DNA of 63,654 bases, the filler included, from Reticulomyxa filosa (lineage: Eukaryota > Protista > Foraminifera), in the NCBI GenBank assembly GCA_000512085.1. It is 12 parts of 12 records of this genome, joined end to end, with 100 filler letters (N's around TTAATTAATTAA, not from the genome) between each part and the next. Parts side by side here need not be neighbours in the genome. Positions count along the whole stretch, not along the records: positions 25,115 to 32,173 come from ASPP01023801.1; positions 32,274 to 39,933 come from ASPP01008677.1; 10 more parts are not named here. The stretch is one strand, 5' to 3'. The position numbers were made by a program, and so were the translations under genes. Shown here piece by piece: positions 26,460 through 39,355 of this stretch (its first letter is position 1; each line of letters starts with the position of its first letter). The notes beneath the pieces were generated by a model. The model saw only the letters and a program-made list of their open reading frames with translations, searched no databases and was not told the origin of the DNA.

Positions 26460-27391
26460 ATTTGATATATTGACTTCATCTCTTGATCTGTTTCCAACTC
26501 CCATTTGCATCATCGCTTTGAATGATTACACGAGTGTTGTCATTTCTTTGAATACTGCTTTCATATCTTCGATTTCAAGTTTTAATGATGAGATTTCATC
26601 ATCATCTTTTTGTTTTTCTTGTGGCCTTTGAACTGATTTCTGTCCTGCACTTTGTTGTTATTGTTATTCTTCTTGTTCTTCTTCGATTTGCCCTTTCTCT
26701 TCCTTTGGGGGTTTATGTCATTTTCTTTTGTTTTCATTCCATTGTTGACAGCATCAGCGTACGAATATTGTTTCAGTTGATGCTGAACATTGTGTTTGAT
26801 TGGAATGCTTTGAGATTCCTTTTTCTTTAGGAATTCACCTTTTTTCATTGTCAATTTAATTCCAAGCTTTTCTCTTGCCTTGCGAATCACTTCGCATTGC
26901 CCCGACTCACTTGGATGACTCTTCTTGCACAATACACATCCATGTTGACTTTGTTCGTTCTTGTGTCGACATTTCGATGCTTCGTTGTTCTTCGATCCAT
27001 AATATTTGCACGTCTTTATTTTCTGTTAACATTCTTTCGCAATGTGGTTCAATTTATAACAATTTCCACATTGCTTAAAATGGTACTGAGTATAGCAGCT
27101 CTCGATTACGTCTGCTAATTGAATATATTCAACCCCGTAACAACCTCACTGAAAAATGATTACGCTAACTATACCTTTACTCAGCTTGCAAGCCTTGCTG
27201 AACTGTTTCTTGTTGTCACAAAGCTAGCTAAAAGACTCTTTCTTTTAATCGCACGTGCCTCAAAGTTGGAGAAGTTATGCATAACCAACAACGAAAGCCC
27301 AACCCAAAATAAACTGCAACAATTACGTTGCCATATAGTAACAAAAGTTGAAAGCCAAACTCCAATACAAAAAATTCAACTACTATAAAAA
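26460..27391 (-). mobile_element. Decayed non-LTR retrotransposon ORF1 (gag-like, CCHC knuckles) with putative 5' region
   Basis: QCGNCYKLNHIAKEC* (CX2CX4HX4C), a degenerate second knuckle, CVLCKKSHPSESGQC and SYADAV. Contains in-frame stops. Confidence 0.75.
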
Positions 27392-27734
27392 TCTTTATAT
27401 CAATATAAAAAAATTAATTTTACTAGTAAAATTTTTTTTCAGATCTCTTGAAATGATTTATAATATAATATGTATTATTATATATTCTGACTAGTTGTGT
27501 AATTATTAAATCACATATTCAATTAATTTTTGACAAATAAATATTATCTGATGAAAATTAGTCATTGATCAATATTAATCTGTTTATTGTAATGCCAGAC
27601 AACATGAAAAATTGTAATTATTAAAATATCTTTAGCTAATCGAAAAAGTTATTCGTTTACAAAAAAGTGATAATCTCATTGCATCGGACCTTGGAAAAAA
27701 TGAATAAACTACATTGTTGACAATAAAAGAAAAG

Positions 27735-29493
27735 CTATCGAACGATGCCATATATATCTGGTTTATTGTAGCGTATATCCCAAATCCACGGTTGATCGTC
27801 TTTATTGAATTTTTTGGGGTGGGATATTTTCATGGGAATTGGAAATATAATAGAATTTGGATGCTTGTCCATTTGAGTTTCATAGAAAGAAAAAAACTTG
27901 ACATCTTCTGAACGCTCATCTTTTTTGTCTTGATGGACAACCTCTGGTATATTCAACTGAGAGACAGCACTGGAACAAGATTTAACGCAAGTAGGCATGT
28001 CGGTCAAACAAAAATCAGTATTTGTGCACTGTCTTTGCATAACACTCGGAAGAAAGAGGACACCCATTTCATAGCTTCGAATAAACAACTGATTTGGCTT
28101 TTTTGAAAGCATCCCCATGCAGCACCACTTAAATTAGCAGAAGATAGCAAAAACCATGGCATCTCAACACATTGTTCGTCTTTGTTTAGAAGATACTGAC
28201 AATAGGATTTGATGTGCGGCATAAGTGTGCTACGACCAGAAATCGAGGCATTCCATTCGTGAAAATATCCATTTTTTTGAAAAAATTCCTTGCAATTCTT
28301 ACGCGAGAGACACAACGAATTGCCAGCTTCGTAGCCTTCAATGCTATTTCTGACTTGATCCACAGTCGGCCACAAAAGTTGCATTGACGTTGGGGAATGG
28401 GATGATCGAATAGAAACACTTGGAATGAATTCTTCATTCAACCATTTCTCCGAAAGTGAGCCAATGCTTGACACTTGAACAATCAATGGAGACATAGACG
28501 CATCAGAGGAGTTGAATGTGGTATCTTTGCTCTCTTTATCACTTTGCTTGTTTTTGGCAAAGTGTTTTTGCAAATGATATTTCATGCGTAAATATCCAAA
28601 TGATTTGCCGTGAACGTTATGTTTTCCGGGAATATGTGGAATCAGTATTACCTTGCTTGTGCGATAGTCGTACTGTGTTAAAAAGCTAAAAAAATTTTTG
28701 TCAATTCCAGTTGCATTGATTGCATTACAGTATTCCAGTAAATCATTTTCAAATTCACAATCGTGTGTTTCTCCTGGTTTATTTTTCTTCAATGGAAAGT
28801 CTTGAAGATAGCATCCGTTTGTTTTGTACAGCCAGTCTTTTTCAATTAAATTGGCTGTTCCAATCACTACCCGAATTCCTTGCTCGGGATACACTAACAA
28901 CATCATTTTCGTGTGATGTGTTCCATAAGGATAAGGCACATTCACCTTATATATGTCCGTGTATACTTGTTTTTTTCTTTTGTTTTTATGTGGATAAAAA
29001 AATACACCAACTTTTCGAATGCAAAAGTGCGAAAAGCTTTCATGTATTTGCATATGCCCGCATATTCTTCTTGCGCTTCACCATGGAATATGTGGACTTC
29101 TTTAACCAATTCAGCGTTTGTTAAGAGGGGACACGCTTTGACTAGCCATTGTAGGTCTACTTTGAAATTGAATAAAATACACTTTTCTATCACAACTGGT
29201 TCTTGTTGAGGTAATTTTATAATTTGATCCAGAGACAAAGAGAACATGTCTTGTTTGGTGTCCATATATGGTGTTCCATTTAACCAAAATGCCACATTTT
29301 TATTGTTGTTTGCCTTGCTGCAGTGATCTTCCTTTTTTTCAAAGTCATCCTTCGTATCTATTATCAATTTTCTTCTCTTGTTCTCAAATTCTCGCTCTGT
29401 TCCTTTTGAGCATAACACATTTACATCAATACCACTCTCTCCAGAAATTTCTGATCTGGGTCTTTTTTCTTTTTTTTCACAATTTTCAGTCAT
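27735..29493 (-). CDS. TDP1: Tyrosyl-DNA phosphodiesterase 1 (one intron; 1-nt frameshift at A6 run ~28100)
   Basis: Two HKN motifs (GTHHTKMM..TANL and MPHIKSY..SANLS), plus SSIGSL, SIEGYEAG and IRSYEMGVLF. Confidence 0.93.
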
Positions 29494-29754
29494 TGCAGAA
29501 AGATTAAGGAAGTGATTCTACAGCAAGGGTCAATAAAGAATTTCTTTCACAAAACTCAACTTGTTTATTTTTTCATCTTTTATTTGTACAAGTGCTACAG
29601 ACAGTAATGCTTATTTTCACAAATAAATAAACCTTTAAATGCGTAAAGTTGCAAAAAAAATTACGCCCTTGTGACTGATGAGATAACAACAAAAATACAC
29701 ATGTTCCGTCTGTAAGCGGCAGGTGCAAAAGGGGATTGGAAAAAATTAGTTTGA

Positions 29755-32173
29755 ATGATGACAGCCAAACTTGATAATCATTGGTTTGGTGTTTGGCAAA
29801 TTCAGGGCCATACACGAGATAATGGAGAGTTGCTGACTGTGAATGAATCAACAAATGAAGTGGTAAATCTGAACAGTCAAAAGGTGTTTGGAAAACTACA
29901 GATCGACCCAAAAAACCCCAAAATAATGACTCTGGTTTTAGCAAACAATGCCACGTGTATTGGGGCGCCCCAAGGAGCTGATTTTAAGACTGTTTTGTAA
30001 CAAAGTGTTTTGAAAAATGAAAAATGAGACAATCAAACAAAAAATGTTTTTTATAAGGCAGGTGGAATGGGAAGATGTGGCACATTCTCGAAAAATGTTT
30101 AAATGGGTGAAAGCATTCGAAACAGTAGGACAATGGTACCAAGAAAAGGGCCGATCGTCACATGAAAATACTGACACGAAGGCATATTGGAAACCAAAGA
30201 CATCTGGAACGAGTAGCAATCGGCCTCAGCCCAGTGTGCGTGAATTGAATAAAACAGTGCCGACCGCGTACGACTTGAGCATGTTATGTGTTTGTATGTG
30301 ACATTTGTACTGTTGAAAGATTGTAGCGAAACACTAACACTACGAACAGGCCTCGACGAATAACGAAGGAAGATAATAAAAAGCCTTTGACAAAGGGCCC
30401 AGTCAAGGTGTGGAATGCGAGGAATGATAATGAAGAACAAAGCGAGTCCACGTCCTTGTCGAACATGTCACTTGTGGACAATCGACAAAACTTTGAAGGA
30501 AAGACCTATTTTGCTCCATATTTGACGGAGGAGCAATGTCAACATGCGCTTCATATGAAATACGCTTACATTGGAGAAGTCCATATCGCGAGGTTTAATC
30601 CTGTGAATGCATTTGTGCAAGGCAACTTTGAAAATAATATCCGAGTGATCGGAGCCTTTGATCAAAGTTAGGTCTTTGTGTGTGTTTGTGTGTGAATCAC
30701 GTGTTTGTTATTTGTGGAATGGAACATTCGAAAGTTGTTCGATTTTGACCTTGCTGTTTGTCGATACGACAAAATAGATCGCTGTTTTGAAGGAGACACA
30801 GTGTTGGTCTCCTTATTCCCTTTGTTGGAATGGTTCTCGAATGAGTCGGAAGAGTTGCGTCAACTGCAAGAAAAGCTAAATGTCAGAGACGACATGGGAG
30901 AGATGGAAGACACACAAGACGAGCATGACGCTGAGATCGACGTTGACGATACGAGTCGCGCAAATGCCAAAGACAATAAGAAAGAGACCACAGTCAAAAG
31001 TGCAGAGTCCAAGGAAAAACAGGAAGAAGAGGAAAAGAAGCATGTGACCACACAAGAGATCCAAACTTCCTCTGAAAAGAGCAAAGTAAAGGACGATGAC
31101 GACATATCGGAACATTTGTCGGATATCGACAACGAGGAGGACGACGAGGTCATATCAGTACCGCAAGTGATGTTCAATGAGTCAGATCGCAGTTTAAGTG
31201 TGATTACAAACACGAGTTATGATACAAACCACGGTGGAGATACCTTGTCCGACGAAGAAGAAAAGACCAATCGACCACTGCCCACTTTGGCCTCGGAAAA
31301 TCTGAAAGACAAAAATAGTCTGTGTTTGTGGGACTTTACACAAAAATATTCAAGCGCAGATCCCAATGGTACGCTCGAACTTTGTGTGTTCCTTGTCCGT
31401 CTGCCCTTGTGCATTGTGTTGTGTTGTCTTTTGTGTCATAGAAACCAAAGAGAAATACCCGGAGCCAAATGATAAACCAAACTTTACTGCCCGCGGAAGA
31501 ATCGTGGCGGTGGTTCTGAATAAGAGAGTCAAATTGCTGCGCCAAATATGTGGCTATGTGAAGGTGTTTCCTCCGCATTTGTTTCATCAAGGAAACAGTG
31601 CTGTCATGTTTATTCCATTGGACAAACGAATACCCCGTTCTCATTTCCTTACATTCAAAGGTAATTGTTTATTTTATCTCTTTGTTTATTTGTTGACAAC
31701 ATTTCAGTGACAATGTTGTACGAACAGTAGAACCAAATCAGATACAAGAATTGCTGAAAGAGAGACAATCATTGGAAGACCAAATTCCACAACAAGAGAG
31801 ACGGGGCAATAAAAAATTTACATCCTCGTCGAATCAGGCCCAATCCAATATCAAAGGGCAAATACGTGATATTGATGAAAAATTGCAAACTTTTATTCTC
31901 GAGGTCGCTTATGAACCAGAATGGCCAATCACTGAAAGATTCCCAACTTGTCGTTTCAGCAAAGCCCTTGGCTATCGAGGTGATATCAATATGGAAGCTT
32001 CCATTGTTTTAAAGATGAATGACATTTATTTTGATGTTTTGTTTCATTTATTTATTTGCTTGTTTTCAAATGAGTTTCGCAATCCAATGATATTCAAATC
32101 ATGTTTGCATAAATGACGAGGGGAGGGGGAAAAAATAATAATAAGCAATTTTCCAAAGAAGTGGAAGAGTCCG
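29755..32173 (+). CDS. DIS3L2/RNase II-family 3'-5' exoribonuclease, N-terminal part (truncated at spacer)
   Basis: CSD motifs YFAPYL...NPVNAFV...RCFEGDTVLVSLFP..W, ARGRIVAVV, FIPLDKRIP and WPITERFP...LGYRGDINME. Confidence 0.78.
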
Positions 32174-32273
32174 NNNNNNNNNNNNNNNNNNNNNNNNNNN
32201 NNNNNNNNNNNNNNNNNTTAATTAATTAANNNNNNNNNNNNNNNNNNNNNNNNNNNNNNNNNNNNNNNNNNNN
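32174..32273. other. Artificial contig spacer
   Basis: N-TTAATTAATTAA-N. Confidence 0.98.
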
Positions 32274-32419
32274 CGTAGAATAATCAAAGTCTTATTGCTC
32301 CTTCTATGTTTTTTTGAAATTGGAATTTTTCAAAAATTTACAACTGCACCCACTCCAATTTTTTTTCATTTTTTTATGTCTATATGAAACAAATGGGAAC
32401 AAAAAAAAAAAAAAAAAAG

Positions 32420-32760
32420 GCAAGCTTCAGTCGATTGATTGGCTCCAAAACGCGGAACAAGGTATTGTCCCCACGCTGCCAACTCTCGATGTTGAAACGG
32501 TTGAGTTCAAAGATGAAAGTGGACCTCCTGTAGTGCCAAATGGAAGTGGAGGTGGAGATGCTGGAGCACCAGCAGCGCCAGCAGCCCCAGCTCCACCTCA
32601 GCCTGCACAGGATCCTATCAAATCAGATCCTAATCTGCAATCTTGGTTTAAAATGTTAAAAGTTGGAGTGCCTGCACAAGCAGTAAGCAATAAAATGGCC
32701 CAAGCAGGAGTGGACGATGATGTTATTGAAAAAGTTCTTCAAATTCATTCGATGGCCTAA
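32420..32760 (+). CDS. WASHC3: WASH complex subunit 3 (CCDC53)-like, last exon
   Basis: KLQSI, a Pro/Ala linker and the C-terminal DP...WFKMLKVGVPAQAVSNKMAQAGVD motif. Confidence 0.7.
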
Positions 32761-33337
32761 GGGGATTGTCGGTTGCAACATGTGTCCTCACATGTTTGAG
32801 CTCCTCTTTTGTAAAAAAAAAAAACATAAACAAAACACTTTAAGTAATTATAAGATGCAGCGACACAAAAAAAAAAAAGCAAAAAGAAAAAAAAACACTG
32901 TTTAGAAAAAAATTAATAATTAATTAATTAATAAAAACTGGGATGAACTTTCTCAATACTTAATGTTTCTTTTTGCAGCGTCTAAAAAACCTTGGGCTCT
33001 ATTTTTCTTTTTCATTCAACGTGTGATTGTTGTAATGTTTATTCCATAAAATTTTAATCATTTCACTCGTACAAGTTTTTTTACATTGATGGATCGCATT
33101 ATAGGCAAAGTAGCTTAAAAAATAAAAAAGAGTTGATGAGGAAGAGGAGAGAGGAAAAAAAAGTATACGAATGTGACAAATTTAAGTTTTCTTGATATTA
33201 GCTTCCTTGAATTGAGTTATCAACCAAAAGTTAAAAAAACAAGAGAATAAAACAGGATTTTTATGTGCGAAAACCATTCATTTCAAGAAACAAACAAGTA
33301 TCACAAAGAATGAAGAAGAGAGTGAGGTTGGGAAGTT

Positions 33338-34752
33338 TTACACTCCATACATCTTCTTAGTGTTTTCTCTGCATTGTTTCACGACAACGTCAACATCAAT
33401 TTGCTTGATTTCAGCAATTTTCTCAGCAACCAAGCCAATGTAACCTGAGTGAGAGATAGCTCCTCGAAAAGGGTTCGGTGCCATGAACGGTCCATCAGTT
33501 TCAAGCAAAATTCGGTCCAATGGAATGTTATGAATAAGCTCTTGGAAATGAGAAGAAGAGGAAGCAAAAGTGATGACTCCGGTGAATCCAAAAAAAGAGA
33601 GGGGAAAAGTTTTTAAAACATTCAAAGCAAATGCTAAAGAATCTGTAAAACAATGAACATGAATTCTTTGTTGCATTTTTTTTTTGGCGTATCAAAAACC
33701 CGACACAAAATCTGAAAAGTGTCATCTTCTGCTTGTCGCGTGTGAATGATGAGAGGTAGCGCCAGCTGCAAGGCCATTCGTAATTGCGCCTCAAAGGCAG
33801 GCTGTTGCAAGTGTTTGGGAGACAGGAGTTCTGACAGTCCTGGCTTCACAAAATAATCCAATCCGCACTCTCCTAGCGCCACACATTGTTTTTTCTCTTT
33901 GTACTTTTTCAGATTTTCCTCCAGTCGTTTCGATACTTGTTCATTCCAGTCTTTCGCATTATGAGGATGAATTCCGAATGCCCCATATATTTTCCCTTTT
34001 CTTGTTCCTTTATCTTTTTTCTTTTCCTCTTTTGTTTCATTTTCTTTGTTTTTATCTTTATTATTATCATTATCTTATTTTATTTTATCATTATCTTTAT
34101 TTTTATCATTATCATTATTTTTATCTTTATTATTATCTTTATCTTTATCCTTATCCTTATCTTTGTCTTTTTGTTGAGGTTCCTCATCTTTCTCTTCCTC
34201 TGCACCAAATTTGTCCAATATATAACATATATATTCACTTTGTCCCATATCACAAGATATTGTTATGCATCCGCCAAAGTTGCCTTTATTTTATTTTTGT
34301 TTTTGTTTGAGTTTAGTGAAAATCAATCCCTCTCCCCTTCTGCTCTTATGGGAGACAATCACATACCTTTGAAGTTGTCTTGCATGAATTGCGGCAATCT
34401 GTCCATTGGATTCTGCAACATAAACTCATCTTTTCGGTACAACCGCTGCAGTATCATATCCAAGTGCACGTGTGTGTCAAAGTACTCGGATTTGAAATTT
34501 GGAAAATACACTTTGACTTCATTTTTCTCCTCAAATTTTTGTCTTTTGCCGCCTTTTGTCATATCCTCGTCCTCGTCCTCGTCCACGGCCTCGGCCCCAG
34601 CCTTGTCTTCCGCCTTCGTCGCCATCGTATTGATCTTGACCACGACCTCTACCTCCTCGACCCCATCCTCTTCTTCCTCTTCCTCCTCCTCTTTCTCCTC
34701 GCCCTCGATCACCAAGAGGGTAATAAGTCGTATTATTATAATCACTTGTCAT
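33338..34752 (-). CDS. tatD: TatD-family nuclease, copy A (RGG-rich N-terminus, charged low-complexity insert, two apparent 1-nt frameshifts)
   Basis: DTHVHLD, GIHPH, ALGECGLDY, IHTR, HCFT and LLETDGPF. ATG 34752 opens an RGG-rich frame. Frame breaks fall at A-runs ~34540 and ~33680. Intron at ~34285-34365. Confidence 0.85.
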
Positions 34753-35517
34753 TATGTACCGAAATGAATTTTTGAATATAAATTTTCTATTTGTATGGAA
34801 ACGTTCAAGGACCCCAAACTATCTCGACAAACAAATTAATAGTTTTAAAAACTTTTTGAATTTATTGACAATTAATCTGCTAGATATTTTAAAACAATTT
34901 GTTTAAATATATTAGAAAATTCTTCTTTCGTCGAGGGATATATCGATCCCAAGAGAGATGTAGGAGCTATATGAAATGATAAATGAGCCTTTTTCTTTCT
35001 TGTTCTTTTTCATGCAAAATCTACTAATGGTCACAGCCATATTTTGCAGGTTGCAGACATGTATATTTTTCAAAGTTATCAAAATGAACCAATTTTTATC
35101 TAACAAGTAATTTGGGACGGAATCAAAAGTATCCATCAGCAAAAGAGCCAAAAAATGTTGAAGTATAATCTAATAAGTAGAGGTATAAGCAAAGACTATC
35201 CTTATTTTTTTATACATGCGAATCCAATTGAGATCGCACATTGTCTCAAAAGTCAGTACCGATCTGAAATGATCGAAATCACGAAAAGATTGGTTCCTTG
35301 AAAAAAGAAGCCAGTTTTGTAATAAGTGGACAAGTACTTTAAAATGAAACAAGTGAAGCAAAGATTTAAACAATTTTTTTTGTTTTATTGTTATTGTTAT
35401 CATTATAGTGAGGAAACTATTGTTGTTCGTTGGGCGACAGTTCAATGTCATTATCGGGAACAGGAACAGATCGAATATGTGCACGGTCGTGATTGTCACC
35501 CAAAGTCGCCTGAGATT

Positions 35518-36366
35518 TCAAAATTTGCCGTACTTTCCAACTAGCACACCATAGCTAATTATAGTAACAAAGCATACGACAAGAAATAGAGCCAGTTGTT
35601 TGCCGTTGCCGATGCCTTGACGAGAAATGGTGGCCAATGATCGAATTTGGGAGCCAAACACGCTAAACAAGATGGAGCCAGGGACAAAACCGATTGCATT
35701 TCCAATGGCGCAATCTTTTAAATGGACGGAAGACAAGGAAAACATATAATTAAATACTCCATTACTCAAATAAGGAAATCTAGCCAACGTAACGATTTTA
35801 ATGGGTTGAACCAGTAAAACACGTTCCAAATAAGATATTTTCCCCATCTTTTCGCCCATTAAAAACTTGAATACAGTCTGGCAACATGGACATTGCAGCA
35901 CAACTTTACGTATAAAAATCATATTGAGCAACGATCCCACGTTCACGGACACATAGGCTACCAACGGTGCAATGTACCATTGAAACGTAATGCCTGCGAT
36001 AACAGTTGGCAGATAACCCATTGGAGAAAAAGTGCACCAAATACAAGCGGCCAGACAAAATAATATTGGACCAAGTGCAGGTCCCAATGTTTCTACTTGA
36101 GATATGTATACCTCAATCAAACCACGAATGTCAAGCTTTGACAGTCCTATCGCTAATGCAATCGCCACAATCACTACTATTCGTAATACTATACGGACCA
36201 CCACCAGCGTTGACAATTTCATTTTGCTCAAACAAGGGATACGTGCGGGGCTCGAAATACTCTCTTCCACATTCGGCTCGCTTGCCAGTACTGAACTGAC
36301 CTCCACTTCTCGGGAGTTTTCAGGGTCGGTATGATGATCATTCTTTGTTTCGATAAGTAATGACAT
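35518..36366 (-). CDS. DedA/VTT (SNARE-associated Golgi, TVP38/TMEM64-like) membrane protein; 3' end possibly in a further exon
   Basis: Multiple hydrophobic helices, PTVIAGITF, LARFPYLSNGVFNYMFSLS and GFVPGSILFSVFG. Confidence 0.8.
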   Translation of the reverse strand: MSLLIETKNDHHTDPENSREVEVSSVLASEPNVEESISSPARIPCLSKMKLSTLVVVRIVLRIVVIVAIALAIGLSKLDIRGLIEVYISQVETLGPALGPILFCLAACIWCTFSPMGYLPTVIAGITFQWYIAPLVAYVSVNVGSLLNMIFIRKVVLQCPCCQTVFKFLMGEKMGKISYLERVLLVQPIKIVTLARFPYLSNGVFNYMFSLSSVHLKDCAIGNAIGFVPGSILFSVFGSQIRSLATISRQGIGNGKQLALFLVVCFVTIISYGVLVGKYGKF

Positions 36367-37779
36367 TCCTAATCAGGTATTTTTTGTTGTTGTAAAAAAA
36401 AATTATCGAAACCCGAATTAACTCGTTTATAAAAAACTCTCCACTAGGAAAAAAGCAAGCGAACACTTTTTTCCCATTCCTCCTCTGTATAACGACAAAA
36501 TGTAATGCGTAATGTGCTAATGGACACGTTCGGTCCAAAAGAATACATTTTAAAAATGACAACGAAACACTCCTTACCAAAGACAAAAGCTTCTGCTTCT
36601 AAAGCAAAAGACTGCAATGGGCAATATCAAAAAACAAAGGATTGCAGATTTGTGAAGAATGAACAAAATTTTTTTTATAATCAAGCTTCTTTGTCTTTGA
36701 AATGCCATAACCACAAAGTAATATTTAAAAAATTTAGTACAATAACAAATTAAATGTACAGTAGATTGCAAAAAAAAACTGCAATGCCTAAGTCAATTAT
36801 AAAATTCATTAAAAAAAATTAAAAAATGAATACTGAACAGAATCTAACTATTTAAATTATAAAAATAACAGTTGGATTGATATATTAATTTGTCAAAAAC
36901 TCAAAACAAAAAAAAATTTAAAAACTTACATCTAATAAAATTGCAGAGCTAAAATTTTACAATAAAAAAAAGTTAAATTTTACTTGTCGAATTTTTTTAA
37001 AAACTACGAAAGATACAATGCTAATTCTTTTTTAAAAGTTTGAAGATTCCTAAAAAGAAACAAAAAGATTTAAAAATTGCTTCTTGACAATACATGTTCG
37101 ATTTATATGCATTCATGTGAAATTTTGAAAAAACATTTAAAAAACAGTGTTTTGATCGGCATAGAAAAAGTTATTATAAAACTAATTTCATATTTAAAAA
37201 CTACAATATTTTTAAAAAATTATGGTTAAACGTTTATTTTTTATGGAGAAAATCGATTCTCTTCTAGAGGTACCACTTAGGTATTGCAGTTTTTTTGCAA
37301 AGTTATTCTAAAGCAGGCCTATGTTTTTTATATACGAAAAAGGAGGAAAATTGACATAGTCCAAAAAAACAAAAAAGACGCAATGGTCTAAAGTAAACAA
37401 ATTGAAATGAAAAACTAACAAAAAAAAAAGAACAAAACGAACAATATGAAAGTATGTTGAACAAGACTTTAATGAAAAATAGACAGCCAATAAAGCAACA
37501 TAAACGGTGATCGTGGAAAGCAGTAGAATTCCGACATGTGCCCACAAATTGTGAATGTAAATATAAATGCTATTAACACAATAGATAGTAAAAAAAAAAC
37601 TATCAAGTTTTAGAATAATAAGAAAGCAGCTGTAGGTCAAGCGATACGGTAACTCTTTTTTCTGCCTAATTAAGCATTATGCACTGCATACATGGAGTAA
37701 AATAGTCAACCATCAAAAAAACTGTTAAGTGGCAATTACCCGAAACGAATTTTTTTTTTAAATAATCAATAAAACAAAG

Positions 37780-38889
37780 TACTTCCAAATTTGTCGCAAT
37801 TGCCCAAGTGGTCTCGATACTTTTTGTATCGAAATAGTACAAATATCACTCTCTCCAAAAGGTTACATGTCACTACCACTCAAACGTCCAACAGAAGTAG
37901 TGATCTCAAAGTATACACTCCAAGCTACAAGACGGAATACTTTGACACCCATGTGCACCTGGACATGATATTGCATCGATTGTACTCGAGGAATGATTTA
38001 TCAGCGCAAGACCAACTAGAGAAGTTGCCTCAATTTATTCAAGACAACTTCAAAGGTGTGCATGTTTGTATCGAATTGCAAAACGAAACGAATAGATAAC
38101 AAGTCAGCAATCAAACAAAAAAAAAAAGGTAATTTTGGTGGATGCATAACAATATCATGTGACACAAAACAGAGTGAATATGTGTCATGTCTATTGGACA
38201 AATACGGAGGAGAGGAAGCCCAGACAAAAGGAAACATATATGGAGCATTTGGAATTCATCCTCATAATGCGAAGGAATGGAATGAAAAAGTGGCCAAAAA
38301 TTTGGAGGAGAAATTGAAAAGGTACAAAGAAAGGAAACAATGTGTGGCATTGGGAGAGTGCGGATTGGATTATTTTGTGAAGCCAGGACTGTCACAACTG
38401 TTGTCTCCCAAACATCTGCAATTGCAAGCATTCGATGCGCAATTGCGCATGTCGCTGCACCTTGATCTACCTGTGGTTGTTCACACTCGACAGGCTGAGG
38501 AAGATACTTTTCAGATTTTGTGTCGGGTTTTTGATACGCCAAAAAAAAAATCGCAACAAAAAATTCATGTTCATTGTTTTACAGATTCTTTAGCATTTGC
38601 TTTGAAAGTTCTGCAAACTTTCCCCCTTTCTTTTTTTGGATTCACCGGAGTAATCACTTTTGCTTCCTCTTCTTCTCATTTCCGGCAACTCATTCACAAC
38701 ATACCGTTAGACAGAATTTTGCTTGAAACTGATGGACCGTTCATGGCACCAGTTCCTTTTCGAGGCAATATATCACACTCAGGCTACATTTGCTTAATTG
38801 CTGAGAAAATTGCAGTGATCAAACATGTTGACACTGAAACTGTTCTGAAACAATGCAGAGATAATGCTAAGAATATGTACGGGGTGTAG
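37780..38889 (+). CDS. tatD: TatD-family nuclease, copy B (start codon not identified)
   Basis: Same TatD motifs as copy A with an intact frame. Intron 38056-38128. Highly similar to copy A in inverted orientation. Confidence 0.88.
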
Positions 38890-39355
38890 TATTGTTTTTT
38901 TTTTTACTTGTTTGATCTTTCTTTTGTTATACCAAATCCAACTTTGAATTTTCAAGCAAGAGCTACGAAGAACTTAACTGTTCACGCTCTTGGTTAAAAA
39001 AAAGAAGACCCTGCTTTTTTAAAGCGCTTTTTTTCTTTAAATAAACTTTCGTACGAAATAACGTCATATCGCTAAAGAAATGGAATCAGGTAATTTTTTT
39101 TCTTTTTTACGGGCTTTATTTTGACAAAATGAAAACGTCATATGCGTTGAATCAGCGGCCTTTGCGTTTCGTTCAAGCAAAAATGATACTAAAAACAAAC
39201 TGGATATGCACGAGTTCTAATTTTGTTTCTTTTGAAGTTTTTTAAGAAAAAATATGCAAATTTTGGTTTTTTTGTTTGACCATATGATAGTTTTTCATTT
39301 TCAAGGTGTATTCTTAATGCCACGTCAAAGCATAAATTACCAAATCAAATCAAAA

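Noticed and set aside
34540-34745. Acidic (poly-E/D) N-terminus for TatD copy A in the ORF track
   Set aside because: It starts at a non-ATG codon and is the shifted reading of GGA/CGA repeats. The ATG-initiated RGG frame is preferred, though unproven.
33886-34767. 293-aa hydrophobic plus-strand ORF resembling a membrane protein
   Set aside because: It is the antisense of the low-complexity D/K/N insert of TatD copy A.
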